Shown here in pieces: positions 33,401-41,800 of a stretch of DNA of 64,000 bases (position 1 is its first letter; each line of letters starts with the position of its first letter). Position numbers and translations under genes: made by a program. The stretch is taken from the IMG/VR virus record IMGVR_UViG_3300032291_002419. One strand, written 5' to 3'. Origin of the DNA: an uncultured virus (IMG/VR IMGVR_UViG_3300032291_002419) (lineage: Duplodnaviria > Heunggongvirae > Uroviricota > Caudoviricetes). Under the pieces are notes generated by a model. The model did not search any database, had not been told where the DNA came from, and saw nothing but the letters and a program-made list of their open reading frames with translations.

Positions 33401-35598
33401 AAATACAAAGCGATGTAACGGGTAGTGCTTTTCTTTTTAGAGCAATAGTAAATCAGGCCAGTGCGTCATTATCTACTTTAGTAGTATATGAATCCAATGC
33501 AGGTACTATTTCCGGAACAGGTACAAATTTTATAAATTATAGAGCCGCAGCTACTTCTGCTGGATTTACAAATGTGTATGGATTTCAAGGTACGATTTCG
33601 TCTGGAACAAGTAGGTGGAATTTATACATGGACGGCACTGCTAATAATTACATGGCAGGTAGTTTAGGGATTGGAACTACGGCTTTGGCTGGATACAATT
33701 TATATGTAAACAAAAATATAACAGGTGCCGTAATTAGTTATGGAATAAGAAGTGATGGGCAAGTACAATCTGATGTAACTTCACAAGCAAGGTATTTTCA
33801 AACTCTTGCTTCGGTTGCCGCTAATACGTCAGCATTGCCACTTTTAACTCATTATAACACAGCACAAGGCACTTTTACTGGAAATGTAACTACCCAAGCT
33901 GGATTTTTATCAGATGCTTCATTAATAGGAGCAACTAATAATTATGGCTTTAGAGGCAGTATACCTGCTGGAACTGGACGTTGGAACACATTTAATGATG
34001 GTACAGCCCAAAACCACTTTAGAGGAAATGTAGGAATAGGAGTAGACTCAACTATTCCTTTAACAGCGTTAGACGTACGAGGACAAGTTTCAGCAAACTT
34101 AGGTTCTTTAACAAATCCTGCATATTCGTTTGTTGGAGACTTAAACACCGGCTTATATAGCCCAAGCGCAGATGCGTTGGCATTAGTTACGAATGGTGTA
34201 AATCGGGTTCATGTTAATAATGTTGGCAATGTAGGTATTGAAACTGCAACTCCAAGTAGTACATCAAAATTACACGTTAACAACGTAGTTGGATTTTCTG
34301 TAAGGTTTCAAAATACTTATTTTTCAAATACGGTAGAATCAAATACAAACTTTGCAAGAGGGGGTATATTTAACAACGCTGAATATATTGACGAAGGCGG
34401 TGCAACTAAAATTTGGAAGATTAGAGCCATTGGAGCAAATGATGCAGCAGGAATACTGTTTGGAAATAGTGGAACTTTAAATTTTATTTCTGTTCCAAAC
34501 GTAGAAAATGTCGATAGGTCTTTAACTCATGCTCAATTATTGTCAAATGCAAGAATGACAATTTTGGCAAGCGGATTTGTAGGCATAAACACAACAACAC
34601 CAGCCACCATACTAGATGTACGAGGACAAGTTTCAGCAGACTTAGGGACTTTAGCAAATCCTGCATATTCTTTTGTTGGAGACTTGAACACAGGATTATA
34701 TAGTCCAAGTGCAGATACTTTGGCATTAGTTACGAATGGCGTTGCGAGGGTAACTATTAGTAATGTTGGGTTTATGTCAGTCGCGGGTTCAGGTAGTTTT
34801 ACGGGCGATATAACGGTAAATCAGACAACAATTGGAAGGGGTGGTGGAAATATATCTGGCAATACAGTAGTCGGCCAGAGTGCAGGATTCAATAATACTA
34901 CTGGAAATCAAAATTCATTCTTTGGGTTTACAGCAGGTATTACGAATACCACTGGACAACGTAATTCATTCTTTGGACTAAACTCTGGATATTTCAATGT
35001 AACTGGAAGTAACAATGCATTTTTCGGAACGGAAAGTGGGTTATCAAATGTTGGAAGTAACAATATATGTATTGGAGCTAGCGCTGGAGCGAGTCTAACC
35101 GGTGGTAATGATAATACTATTATTGGTAGAATTGTTGGAACGGCTGGACTTAGTGGGACTATAATCATTGGAGCAGGAACTACTGAAAGAATTCGTGTTA
35201 GCTCAGCTGGTGTTATGTCGGTCGCAGGTTCTGCTACATTTACCGGAGATGTAACGGCTAATACATCGGATAAACGATTAAAAGATAATATACGTGTTAT
35301 TGATAATCCATTGGAAAAGCTGTCAAAAATCAATGGTGTATATTTTAATTGGAATGATGCCGCTAAAGATTTGATACATAAATCCGATGATATTGAAGAA
35401 GTTGGATTTTTGGCACAAGAAGTTCAATCAGTATTACCTCATATAGTAAAACCCGCACCATTTGATATAGATGTATTGACCGGTGAATCTAAAAGTGGTG
35501 AAAACTATTTGACAATACAGTATGAAAAAATAGTTCCACTATTAGTTGAAGCTATAAAAGAATTAAAAAAACAAGTTGACGAATTAAAAAATAAATAA
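24433..35598 (+). CDS. Giant modular tail fibre with C-terminal intramolecular chaperone (peptidase S74)
   Basis: Repeated GNVGIGT..P shaft motifs, TAS-heptad coiled coil, N-x-x-x-G beta-roll repeats near the C-terminus, then SDKRLKDNI...GFLAQEV...YEKIVPLLVEAIKEL. Confidence 0.9.
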   Translation: MALIKKTLFPENLDKYTTFINDTDINSKYFKITELPDTFTGGKNAFLIAGSSELVADTVVKVEIKDAAGNIIYYEPGEGRMYSEINGEQFISEYYEGVSKVVAVYIYPDTTAYGPCTITILGELSSYYDSDGLLSTIPLDWQGTYNVKWQKTVNVNPTLPNTTKIRFYKRPTVTINEILSPIYQIDSEAGLKINTGINQSFADIRISNLETFAGDVKRVKVFRTSTGDISDYDMIQDILVESKELLITYDLSSSVIGNTGTFTSETLKQYWNTGSLQATLTTDKVESGLKLNGSGNLRYSSSLQLKSTNTYEINLDAFYSSSTDSNIGIYLSGSDGGDVLVGSLNGISPTKNLLDTTIPFKLDSDFASASLYFSQSNGEWHLGNISLKLSEDTAFSPDAISFITSMPNVVSNQDFNFKFEFYDVNSNYVPVLVTGSASFVGGSTAITKLLTFESDRTAFRFSTGSYANPPSQFVKFKTTRTNFTGSVVYSSASFDTNGNYIEPSSYAGAYPGAFQIQNDNEALLSVANFTGSINTVLVGTITFTASCEGFEEYETIYRFEDGDNAPGLFVTSNANQFIYKATDLSLNPAGQIITIEAKRKNLASATTPLTVNSGSGKPPLTFVSTNATNGVDTYTLAGTTYPYGTGETRYFISGSDQFGNEFSDTIKITPVKILDGLSATLTNDNASLPALSTGFVASGSFIFTSGSVNVKVGNETIVFDDDNDGNRANNTFAITNLSGIGCTPNVSNPSTNGYGITNLSDDSGSLDITISYKDGAGDTTSIIKTATYTKNKKAAPVLEFVIGNNNQSVTAKSTGEQIDAFVNATFTVNESYNGVTTQKTFTPTSITATNSYSVGNANATSLILPSMANGTNSVDISVTGTVVDSENVTRFVYGSISLSKVQKAAPTVDVSASPQTQVVLGTNGTGYTGIQYRYLAQTFQEENCQLTGGQSYNVWSYQDVGAGYYVINALNGELIGVGNWYLTPSSHEDYTTKIDIITPFGCGTQTTTTTQSPVITQLETAVLQDVVISALEGEVDRFVSAAVTSSVGLTDTPLIEGNIIKMSDTRIAVSDARVSVNVTYTDSEGTTRNQLIIIRASTSLTIELQEVGELIEYNVSSAFKIANLNSATASLYRATASLNAATASFSSSIGWLNIATASLNQYTQSQDSKNLTLSSVTASLNQYTQSQDSKNLVLSSVTASLYLSTASLNSATASLYRATASLNQYTQSQDSKNLVLSSVTASFSSSIGSLNTATASFSSSIGSLNTTTASFSSSIGRLNSATASLNLATASFSSSIGSLNTATASLNLATASFSSSIGSLNSKTGSYATTGSNIFTGNQTITGSLFITQNLIVQGSSSIQNISSSTLNIGTNIITVAVNQPAVRFGGLAVIDSGSAGGSGSFLYDSMQDEFIFVHRGNGTNVTSSHFVLGPETYDNLGNEIYLTNNILPKGTGKEHIVDSQIFDNGSRVGIGQTNPLLSLDVSNISGNTYGRPSIGGRSADGTLWGYMLAPINGGTFFDFVRSNNLGLRFATESSLGSGTFSTQMFISSGGNVGIGTTSPTLGRVHVNGGNIGIEHSSGQGLVLYNNSDENRAGYISITGDGDFSNRFVNIGSTSTAYGFKFINGAGTHITVLNNGNVGIGTPTPTAKLEVNGTGFFSNSVTISSAGYVQLLIDQTDSAAVAHGITSASARAFVNVSNDGVGHVTGTSAYAFLFNGVERARLTSDGSLGIGTTSLTGINFRSSKPITGSASGFGILQDGTIGSDITTSASLIQANVSQVAGVTTPNVYTFIANQGTVSGSITNLHGFYVNSNMVSATNSYGFRGLIPNASNRWNLYMDGTAPNYMAGSLGIGTINPASQLHISGEAPIQTITATNVSSGLRLNITGQTGGYAHRIQRDGVTIQATSVTGNVGIGNDFTAGANLLISKNIEGSIAPSAIAVTGIVQSGVTQDTRIFQSSPNVVAGHTLPNLYHFIVSPATTYTGTVTTQTGVYIQSNLTGATNNYGLRSLIPAVSGANHWNLFMDGTAPNHMAGSLGIGTTTLTERSLGISKPITGASTAYGVFQTGQIQSDVTVESFGFRNLLNTAAASFNLGNYFHYAATSIAFGTGSTIGGQTGFFANASLTGATNNFGFRGLIPAGTGRWNLYMDGTANNYMAGSLGIGTLGLTGLNFRNSKTITGGGSGFSYGNYSDGQIQNDVTGAAWYYRTQASTQATSFTLPSLLHYHAAQGTIGAGSDVTTQTGFLADATLIGGTTNIGFNGAIPAAANRWNVYMSGTAQNYFNGSVGIGVTVPVTKLDVRGQVSADLGTLTNPAYSFVGDLNTGLYSPSADALALVTNGANRIHVDNVGNVGIGVMAPTQKLEIHGGNDVGISIFNTNSNYWDITNGLNGTLNFIRGRSNNFMQINQFGNVGIGTVAPTERLHISGSILQTGFNTGLAYADATGKLILATAANVNTLLGNDSLTTNYVPKWNGTAFTNSQIFDNGTNVGVGTTSPIQSIHLRKESAVAVSASSITGSTLAGTLISNLDISANIGASIAFQLGGTGTAWASIAATRPSANNSHLSFYTELDDVFSEKVRILNNGNVGIGTETPTRALQIQNSGSNLFSVQRTGYDAWGFLQSVGTGIHFHNYTDSRTDMYIDGSGNIGMGTTIPATKLHIQAGNANQLRLDNSGERYTEIDYYNSGSLRAATYYDNTANEFVQRTLTTASIGFDTNLIRRMTISSSGNVGIGTATPTQLLHVNGNTRLGERIEMQPSRRIGAGLDFGNVAEAGSGYLELYNSGTGDTSLVNTTNFASITLHTNNTERLRVLHNGNVGIGITTPSQSLHVFTATPYQIQVQRSGVASALIGVSAQTANSTGDLLFEATQASQGFVFRSRDSGSALINSLGIDRNGNVGIGIFNPTTKLDVRGQVSANIGTLANPAYSFVGDLNTGLYSPSADTLALVTNGVNRLNVSNVGDVLIGSAAGVNSLMVSKNITGGADVSGIRSSGQIQSDVTGSAFLFRAIVNQASASLSTLVVYESNAGTISGTGTNFINYRAAATSAGFTNVYGFQGTISSGTSRWNLYMDGTANNYMAGSLGIGTTALAGYNLYVNKNITGAVISYGIRSDGQVQSDVTSQARYFQTLASVAANTSALPLLTHYNTAQGTFTGNVTTQAGFLSDASLIGATNNYGFRGSIPAGTGRWNTFNDGTAQNHFRGNVGIGVDSTIPLTALDVRGQVSANLGSLTNPAYSFVGDLNTGLYSPSADALALVTNGVNRVHVNNVGNVGIETATPSSTSKLHVNNVVGFSVRFQNTYFSNTVESNTNFARGGIFNNAEYIDEGGATKIWKIRAIGANDAAGILFGNSGTLNFISVPNVENVDRSLTHAQLLSNARMTILASGFVGINTTTPATILDVRGQVSADLGTLANPAYSFVGDLNTGLYSPSADTLALVTNGVARVTISNVGFMSVAGSGSFTGDITVNQTTIGRGGGNISGNTVVGQSAGFNNTTGNQNSFFGFTAGITNTTGQRNSFFGLNSGYFNVTGSNNAFFGTESGLSNVGSNNICIGASAGASLTGGNDNTIIGRIVGTAGLSGTIIIGAGTTERIRVSSAGVMSVAGSATFTGDVTANTSDKRLKDNIRVIDNPLEKLSKINGVYFNWNDAAKDLIHKSDDIEEVGFLAQEVQSVLPHIVKPAPFDIDVLTGESKSGENYLTIQYEKIVPLLVEAIKELKKQVDELKNK
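27800..28400 (+). repeat. Coding tandem repeats built on ~21-nt heptads (TASLNLA / TASFSSS / IGSLN) in the tail fibre
   Basis: Repeated GCAACCGCAAGTTTTAGTAGTTCAATCGGA and ACTGCGAGTTTGAACCAATACACTCAATCGCAAGATAGTAAAAA blocks. Confidence 0.9.
31312..34740 (+). repeat. Four dispersed ~130-bp near-identical module copies in the tail fibre
   Basis: LDVRGQVSA.LG.L.NPAYSFVGDLNTGLYSPSAD.LALVTNG at about 31312-31446, 33139-33273, 34069-34200 and 34612-34740. Confidence 0.9.
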
Positions 35599-36695
35599 TG
35601 CCACTACAATCATCAGGTCCAATTAAAATGTCAGAAATAAAAGCTTTCTTGGGCTCTTCATCGAACTCACTACGAGTATATAGTGCTGCAGCAAAAGCGG
35701 CTACTGGTGATGCAAAATTTGATACTCCTGATAGCCTCAGTGAGTTTTATTCATATGCCGGTGCAACAACAACGACCACATCAACTACCACGACAACAAC
35801 TACCACATTGCCACCTATAACATTTGTAAGCGTTGTTGGAAGCTGTATTATGTATGAAGGAAGTGGTAGAATTGTAATTACAGTATCGGGTGGAAGTGGT
35901 CAATATCAGTATAGTATTGACAATGGTGTAAATTTTACATCAACTACAACAAATACTACTCAAACATTTAATAATTTAAATGATGGCAACTATGATATAA
36001 AAGTAAAAAGTGTAACTGATGATATCATTTATACATATAGTTCGAATCCGATTGTCATTAATTGCTTACCGGTATTGGGTGGTTCATTTACAAATAGTTG
36101 TGATAGTAATGGTGTAGGAACTATTTTTATTACAGCAACCGGTGGTAGTGGTAATTATAGTTATAGAATTAGAAGAACATCCGATAATACAGATACCACA
36201 TCCGGATTTAGTGTATTTACCGGATTAGATTCATTTGGTACATACAATGTATATATAACCGATACAACGTATTCAAATGAAATCTACATTGGACAGGTAA
36301 CATTTAATTGTACTACAACAACTACAACTACAACTTTACCTCCGTTGAGTATAGCAAATAGTGGAGTAACTTGCTTTGGCAATGTTGGTTCGTTTACATC
36401 AACTATTTCAGGAGGTAGTGGAACATATAGTCGGATTGTAATAGCAACTTCGCAGGCGAATGCGAGTAATGCAGTTGTAAATGGACCATATAATTCAGTT
36501 TCATCTAATCCATATTCTTGGAGTAATATATCAAATGGAACTTGGTATGTTGCAGTAATGGATTCTAATGGAACTGTTTCGGTACAAAATACTGGAGTAG
36601 TAGTAAATTGTACAACAACAACTACAACTACCACCACAACAACTGCGGCACCAACGACAACGACAACAACAATTTCTGGAGGACCAATTCAATAA
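35598..36695 (+). CDS. Fibre-associated adhesin-like protein with SprB-like repeats and poly-Thr linkers
   Basis: MPLQSSGPIKMSEI N-terminus; three Cys-flanked 'GGSG.Y.Y' beta repeats; three poly-T tracts. Confidence 0.65.
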   Translation: MPLQSSGPIKMSEIKAFLGSSSNSLRVYSAAAKAATGDAKFDTPDSLSEFYSYAGATTTTTSTTTTTTTTLPPITFVSVVGSCIMYEGSGRIVITVSGGSGQYQYSIDNGVNFTSTTTNTTQTFNNLNDGNYDIKVKSVTDDIIYTYSSNPIVINCLPVLGGSFTNSCDSNGVGTIFITATGGSGNYSYRIRRTSDNTDTTSGFSVFTGLDSFGTYNVYITDTTYSNEIYIGQVTFNCTTTTTTTTLPPLSIANSGVTCFGNVGSFTSTISGGSGTYSRIVIATSQANASNAVVNGPYNSVSSNPYSWSNISNGTWYVAVMDSNGTVSVQNTGVVVNCTTTTTTTTTTTAAPTTTTTTISGGPIQ

Positions 36696-36740
36696 TTTAA
36701 AATATAATATATATAATATAGATAATACATCAAATAGGTT

Positions 36741-37682
36741 ATGAAAACATTAAGATATATATGCGCACAACCCGCAACAACGTATTATAGTTGGCAGGTC
36801 GAAGTAATGATAAATAATTTTATGGAAATGGGTATAAGCCCAAATCATATAGATATTGTATGTTGGAAGCAAGACGGATTTATTCCCGATGATTGGATTA
36901 AATTAGCAAACGCATATCCATGTAGATTTGTATTCTACGATGATACACGTAAAACCAAACACTACATTTCATCAATACGTCCAAACATTTTAAAACAACA
37001 TTGGACACGCTTTCCAGAACTAAAAGATGAAGCCATATTTTATCACGATTGTGATATTATATTTACTAAACCAACGCATCAATGGATTACATCCGAAATG
37101 ATAAATGATACCAATTGGTATGGCTCGGATACTCGTTGGTATATTGCACACTCATACATAAAAGGTAAAGGACAGCAGATAATTGATAGAATGTGTGAAC
37201 TTATGGACTTACCAGAATCCTTAATAATTGATAATGAGATGAATGCTATTGGTGCTCAATATTTAATGAAAAATATAAATTATGAATTTTGGGATAGAGT
37301 AGAAACTGATTCTGAATTACTTTATAGGAATATTACCGAATTAAATAATCAAATTAAACAAACAACGCCAACGTATCACGAACTTCAAATTTGGTGCGCG
37401 GATATGTGGGCAGTTCTTTGGGGAGCATGGCGATTGGGATATAATACAGTTTGTCATCCAAATTTTGATTTTAGTTGGGGAACTTCTACGCAAGATGATT
37501 ACCATAAAATGAATATTATGCACAATGCCGGTGTAGTAAATTCTATGAGTGGGTTATTTTATAAAGCAGAATATATAAATAAATTACCCTATAATGAAAA
37601 TTTGGATATCAAAGAAAATACTGCTAGTTGGCATTATTGGAATTGGATACACAGCACATCAAAAAAATCGATATTAATATGA
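36741..37682 (+). CDS. Putative GT-A glycosyltransferase, similar to peptidyl O-glycosyltransferases (GT96/GT95-like)
   Basis: DxD in FYHDCDIIF; YYSWQ, YISSIRP and WCADMWAVLWGAWRLG segments. Confidence 0.6.
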   Translation: MKTLRYICAQPATTYYSWQVEVMINNFMEMGISPNHIDIVCWKQDGFIPDDWIKLANAYPCRFVFYDDTRKTKHYISSIRPNILKQHWTRFPELKDEAIFYHDCDIIFTKPTHQWITSEMINDTNWYGSDTRWYIAHSYIKGKGQQIIDRMCELMDLPESLIIDNEMNAIGAQYLMKNINYEFWDRVETDSELLYRNITELNNQIKQTTPTYHELQIWCADMWAVLWGAWRLGYNTVCHPNFDFSWGTSTQDDYHKMNIMHNAGVVNSMSGLFYKAEYINKLPYNENLDIKENTASWHYWNWIHSTSKKSILI

Positions 37683-37698
37683 GTAAAAGTTATAGATT

Positions 37699-38727
37699 AT
37701 GACAATAAAGGAACAATTTAACACATATAAAATACATCAAATGCAATTAGACCCGTTTGGTGTGTGTAATGCAAAATGTTGGTTCTGCCCAGTAAAATAC
37801 AAAGGAAATCCAACGGAAGGTAAGGAAGTGATGAGTGTTGAACTATTAGAAAAAATAATTAAAAATCTTATCGATGAAAGAGACAAAGAAGATGGGTTAG
37901 TGCATAAACATTTTGGAGGATTTTATACAGCACATTACAACGAAATTCTTCTATATCCGCACTTCGAAGAATTATTACAAATCTGCCAAAAATATAGATT
38001 ATGCTTTATGGTGTTATCGAATGGAGTTCCGTTGACTCCTCAAAAAGTTGATTTAATAAAAAAATATTCCGGAGTGGTTAACGGTATATGTTTAAATATT
38101 CCGGCATTTGAACCTGAAATTTGGAGTTTGAGAAGTGGTATAAACATAAAGCAATTTGATAAGTTAATATCTAATATTACTTATGTGATGGAGCAATTAC
38201 CGCATATGGTTCAAAATAAATCATTTTCAATTCAGGTAAATGGGTCTAATCATAATTCATTCAGTGATAGAGGTGGTTGGTTAGATAAAGGGGCCGAATT
38301 TCCTGTTGATATGGATTTAGACCCTATTAATGGTGAACTCGCTCAGCAGTTTAATAAAGCAAAAGAATTGTTTCCCGATTTACAAATATTTGATGTACCA
38401 TCTTTAATTGATAGAGCTGGGTTATTAGACCATATAATGACTAACAAACAAGCAATAAAAAGAAATCTACAAAGAGGTGATGAGACTAAAAAAGTAATTG
38501 GGTGTGGTAATGGTAGAGAGGTTGGTGGAAGACCGGTTGGTTGGATTCACGTTAACGCAGCAGGTAAGGCATTTCTATGTTGTAATGATTATGATATGGA
38601 AGTTCAGTTTGGAGATTTTAAAACTCAAGAACTAAAAGATTTTTGGGGAAATGAAGAACATCAACTGAAAGTACAAGAATCATACGATACAATTTGTAGA
38701 AGTTGTGCTTCTGCTATTTTTGAATAA
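37699..38727 (+). CDS. Radical SAM enzyme with SPASM/twitch domain
   Basis: CNAKCWFC (CxxxCxxC), EILLYP, LSNG; C-terminal GC...FLCCND...CRSC. Confidence 0.9.
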   Translation: MTIKEQFNTYKIHQMQLDPFGVCNAKCWFCPVKYKGNPTEGKEVMSVELLEKIIKNLIDERDKEDGLVHKHFGGFYTAHYNEILLYPHFEELLQICQKYRLCFMVLSNGVPLTPQKVDLIKKYSGVVNGICLNIPAFEPEIWSLRSGINIKQFDKLISNITYVMEQLPHMVQNKSFSIQVNGSNHNSFSDRGGWLDKGAEFPVDMDLDPINGELAQQFNKAKELFPDLQIFDVPSLIDRAGLLDHIMTNKQAIKRNLQRGDETKKVIGCGNGREVGGRPVGWIHVNAAGKAFLCCNDYDMEVQFGDFKTQELKDFWGNEEHQLKVQESYDTICRSCASAIFE

Positions 38728-38755
38728 TTAAAAAATAAATACTTATTAAAACACA

Positions 38756-38788
38756 AAAGTTATGATATCGTTAAAGTTATGATATCAT
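38756..38788. repeat. 14-bp direct repeat with embedded palindrome
   Basis: AAAGTTATGATATC at 38756-38769 and 38773-38786; ATGATATCAT palindrome at 38779-38788. Confidence 0.7.
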
Positions 38789-38824
38789 TCTAATACTTTA
38801 TACAATTTTAGTATATTTATAGGT

Positions 38825-41800
38825 ATGATTATACTAAACGAAATAAATATAGAAAAAATGACTAAAACCGTAGTCATATACTCAGGTCGTTTTCAACCAT
38901 TTCACAAAGGACATTATGCCGCATATCAAAAATTAGTATCTAAATTTGGGGTTAATAATGTTTATATTGGCACATCGAATAAAACGGATAGTGTGAAATC
39001 CCCGTTCAACTTTAATGAAAAGGCTAAGATAATTACCAAAATGTTCGACATTCCATCGAATAAAATAGTTCAAGTTTCAAATCCATATGCCCCAAAAGAA
39101 GTTTTAAGCAAATTCGATAAAAATACAACTGCATACATTGCAGCAGTTGGTGAAAAAGATGCGGATAGATTGGTAGGTAAATATTTTAAACCATATCGAG
39201 GTGAAACTACGCAAGGATATGATGTGGCTGGATATACCTATATAATACCACCCGAATCAAATCAAATTAGTGGAACGGATGTAAGAAATTGGCTAAGTTC
39301 GGATAATGCTGAAAAGCTATTTTTAAAAGTATATCCAAAATTCGATAAAGAAATTTTTAAAATGATAACTAGCAAATTAATTAAAGAGGAGTTTATGAAA
39401 GGATATCCATCTAAATCCGATGTCAAACGAATGCAAAAGAAAAATGATAAAATTCGTTCAACATCGACTACAAACGGTTCATATACATACGACCCTATAT
39501 CCGAGCAGATTTTGAAAACAATATTGGAAGCCAATAATTTCATAGATGCATATTTTTTAGAAGAAGAACCTAATCCGATTATGGATAAGGAAATATCCTA
39601 CACAGCAGCAAATGGTAAAAAGAAAAAAATAACAGTAAGGGGTGCACTTCGTTTACCAAAAGAACATGAAGCACATATACAAGCTACTAAATTAGTTGGA
39701 GTGGATGGCGCAGATGATATTCAACCCAAAAAACAACAAACCCCAAATCAACCCGGTCAACCTGTTAAAAAAGGAGATACTGCTCAAGGTAAAGTTGATG
39801 CAGAGCCTACGGGAAAATCTGGACAACAGCCGGCAGGTCCACCGCCTGAACAAAAATTGAAAGGTTCTGATTTAAAATCTAGTGCAGAAGATAGAGTGGA
39901 TAAGCAAAATAAATCCAATGATATAAAATCAGCATTAGCTAATGAGATGAAAAATTTGGATAAGAATGAGCAAGAATTCTTAGATAAGGGTGAATATCGT
40001 CAGGGTTCCAAATTTATGAACTCACTAAAAGATGGTGTAGAAAAAGCATCTGATACCAAAGTTGTCAAAGCAATTGGACACGTATTGAAGCATAAATCAG
40101 AAATGATTGAAGGTGCGTATGATGGAGTTAAGGCATTGGCAAACGGAAAAAAGGTTGGTTCTGTTAAAAATAAAGAAACAGGAGAATGGGACTATTCCGA
40201 TGAGGCTCGTAAATCGCAAATTCACGATATGAAGCACTTTGCATTGGATGTTGCATTATTAGTTGGTAGTGTTGCATTGGGTAGTGGATTAGCAGCAGGT
40301 GCAAAAGCAATAGCCGGTGGGGCTGGCGTAGGGGCAACCGCTTCTGCGGTAGGACAAGGGGCAGTTGGTGCATTTACACATGGAGTAGGTGGATTTGCTG
40401 TACATTTGGGCAAGGATGCAATTAAACACGTCGCATTGGAATCTATGGGATTAGGCGGAGCACAGGCTGCGGCCGGTGGAGCTGGATTAGCCGGCGTATC
40501 TATGGGACTATTGGAAATACGTTTATTGATTAATGAAGAAATGGATAACTCAAAATTCATACAAAATGTTGTCAGTAAAATGGCGGAAAAAATGAAAACA
40601 TTTGAAATGAGTGATTCGCAATTATTGAAATCTATAAAATCTTATAATAAAAATAAAGATTTTGGCGATTTGGTCAATGAAGTCAGTAGTGTAACCGCAT
40701 CAAATACTGCCGACGTACCCGATGGTTCATTTTTAAAAAAAAAAAAGAAAAGAATTTTAGATTCCGAAAAAAGTGAAGATTGGTATAAAAACGGAGGATA
40801 TACTCAAACCGACTTTCCAATGGCAGATTCGATTTTTGGAGATGAAGATGCCGAAGAAAGAACTATAACATATACTATAAAAAATCTACCAACGCTAACA
40901 TATGTTGAAACCGATTTTATAAAAGAAGATATCAATGTAGATATCAATAAGGGTGATACCGTATTGATGGGCAAATTCAAAAATAAAAAAGTTGATGTAA
41001 AGAATATTGGCAAAGACCAGCACGGGATGCCAACCATAAATGGCAAACAAGCAACCACATTCAGAACTATGAGTGAAATGCCAATGAGTACATTACGGCA
41101 AATCGATGCATACGCAGACACTCAGTTGAGCCCAACGGATGTTGTTATTACAGCTAGACATTTTTTCGATAGATTGAATGACCCGAGAAATGGTAAAGAA
41201 ATATCTTCGGCAGAATTGACTGGATATTTTAAAAGATTGGGAAGAAATAAAAAGAAATTTATGGAATTCCTTACCAAATATCAACAGATAGTAGCCAAAG
41301 ATAGTAGAACTAATATCAATATACCATTTATGCTACAAGCTAACAAAATTATAGCAAAAACTGTAATGAGAAAGGATAATTTTATGAGTTCAAATCCAAC
41401 CTATCAATTTGAAAATAGAAATACACCAACTGTAAAAAAAAGTAAAGGACGTATTATAGGCGAATTCATCAAATTTGCAACAGAAAGATTGGAATTGGAA
41501 TCGTTGCCAAACAAAATAGAACTTATAAACGATGAAAATTTTCCAAAAACAGTAAAATCTTTCGGTGGGTATAATCCAGAAACCGATAATATATTTATAT
41601 ATGCTGGAAATAACAGAAATATAGTTGATATACTTAGAACATTGGCACACGAATTGGTTCATTTGAAGCAACGGAAAGATGGTAGAATCGGTGGAATTAA
41701 AGATGGTGATACCGGCTCTGATATCGAAAATGAAGCAAATGCAGCTGCTGGTATATTATTAAGAGATTATGGTAGACGTAATACAAATATATACGAATCT

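Noticed and set aside
31312..34740. Diversity-generating retroelement TR/VR pair in the fibre
   Set aside because: Differences between copies are mostly synonymous and not adenine-specific, all copies are coding, and no reverse transcriptase is in the window.
40731..40746. A12 run in the polyprotein as a programmed frameshift
   Set aside because: The ORF continues in frame (LKKKKKR) and the -1 frame stops within about 10 codons.
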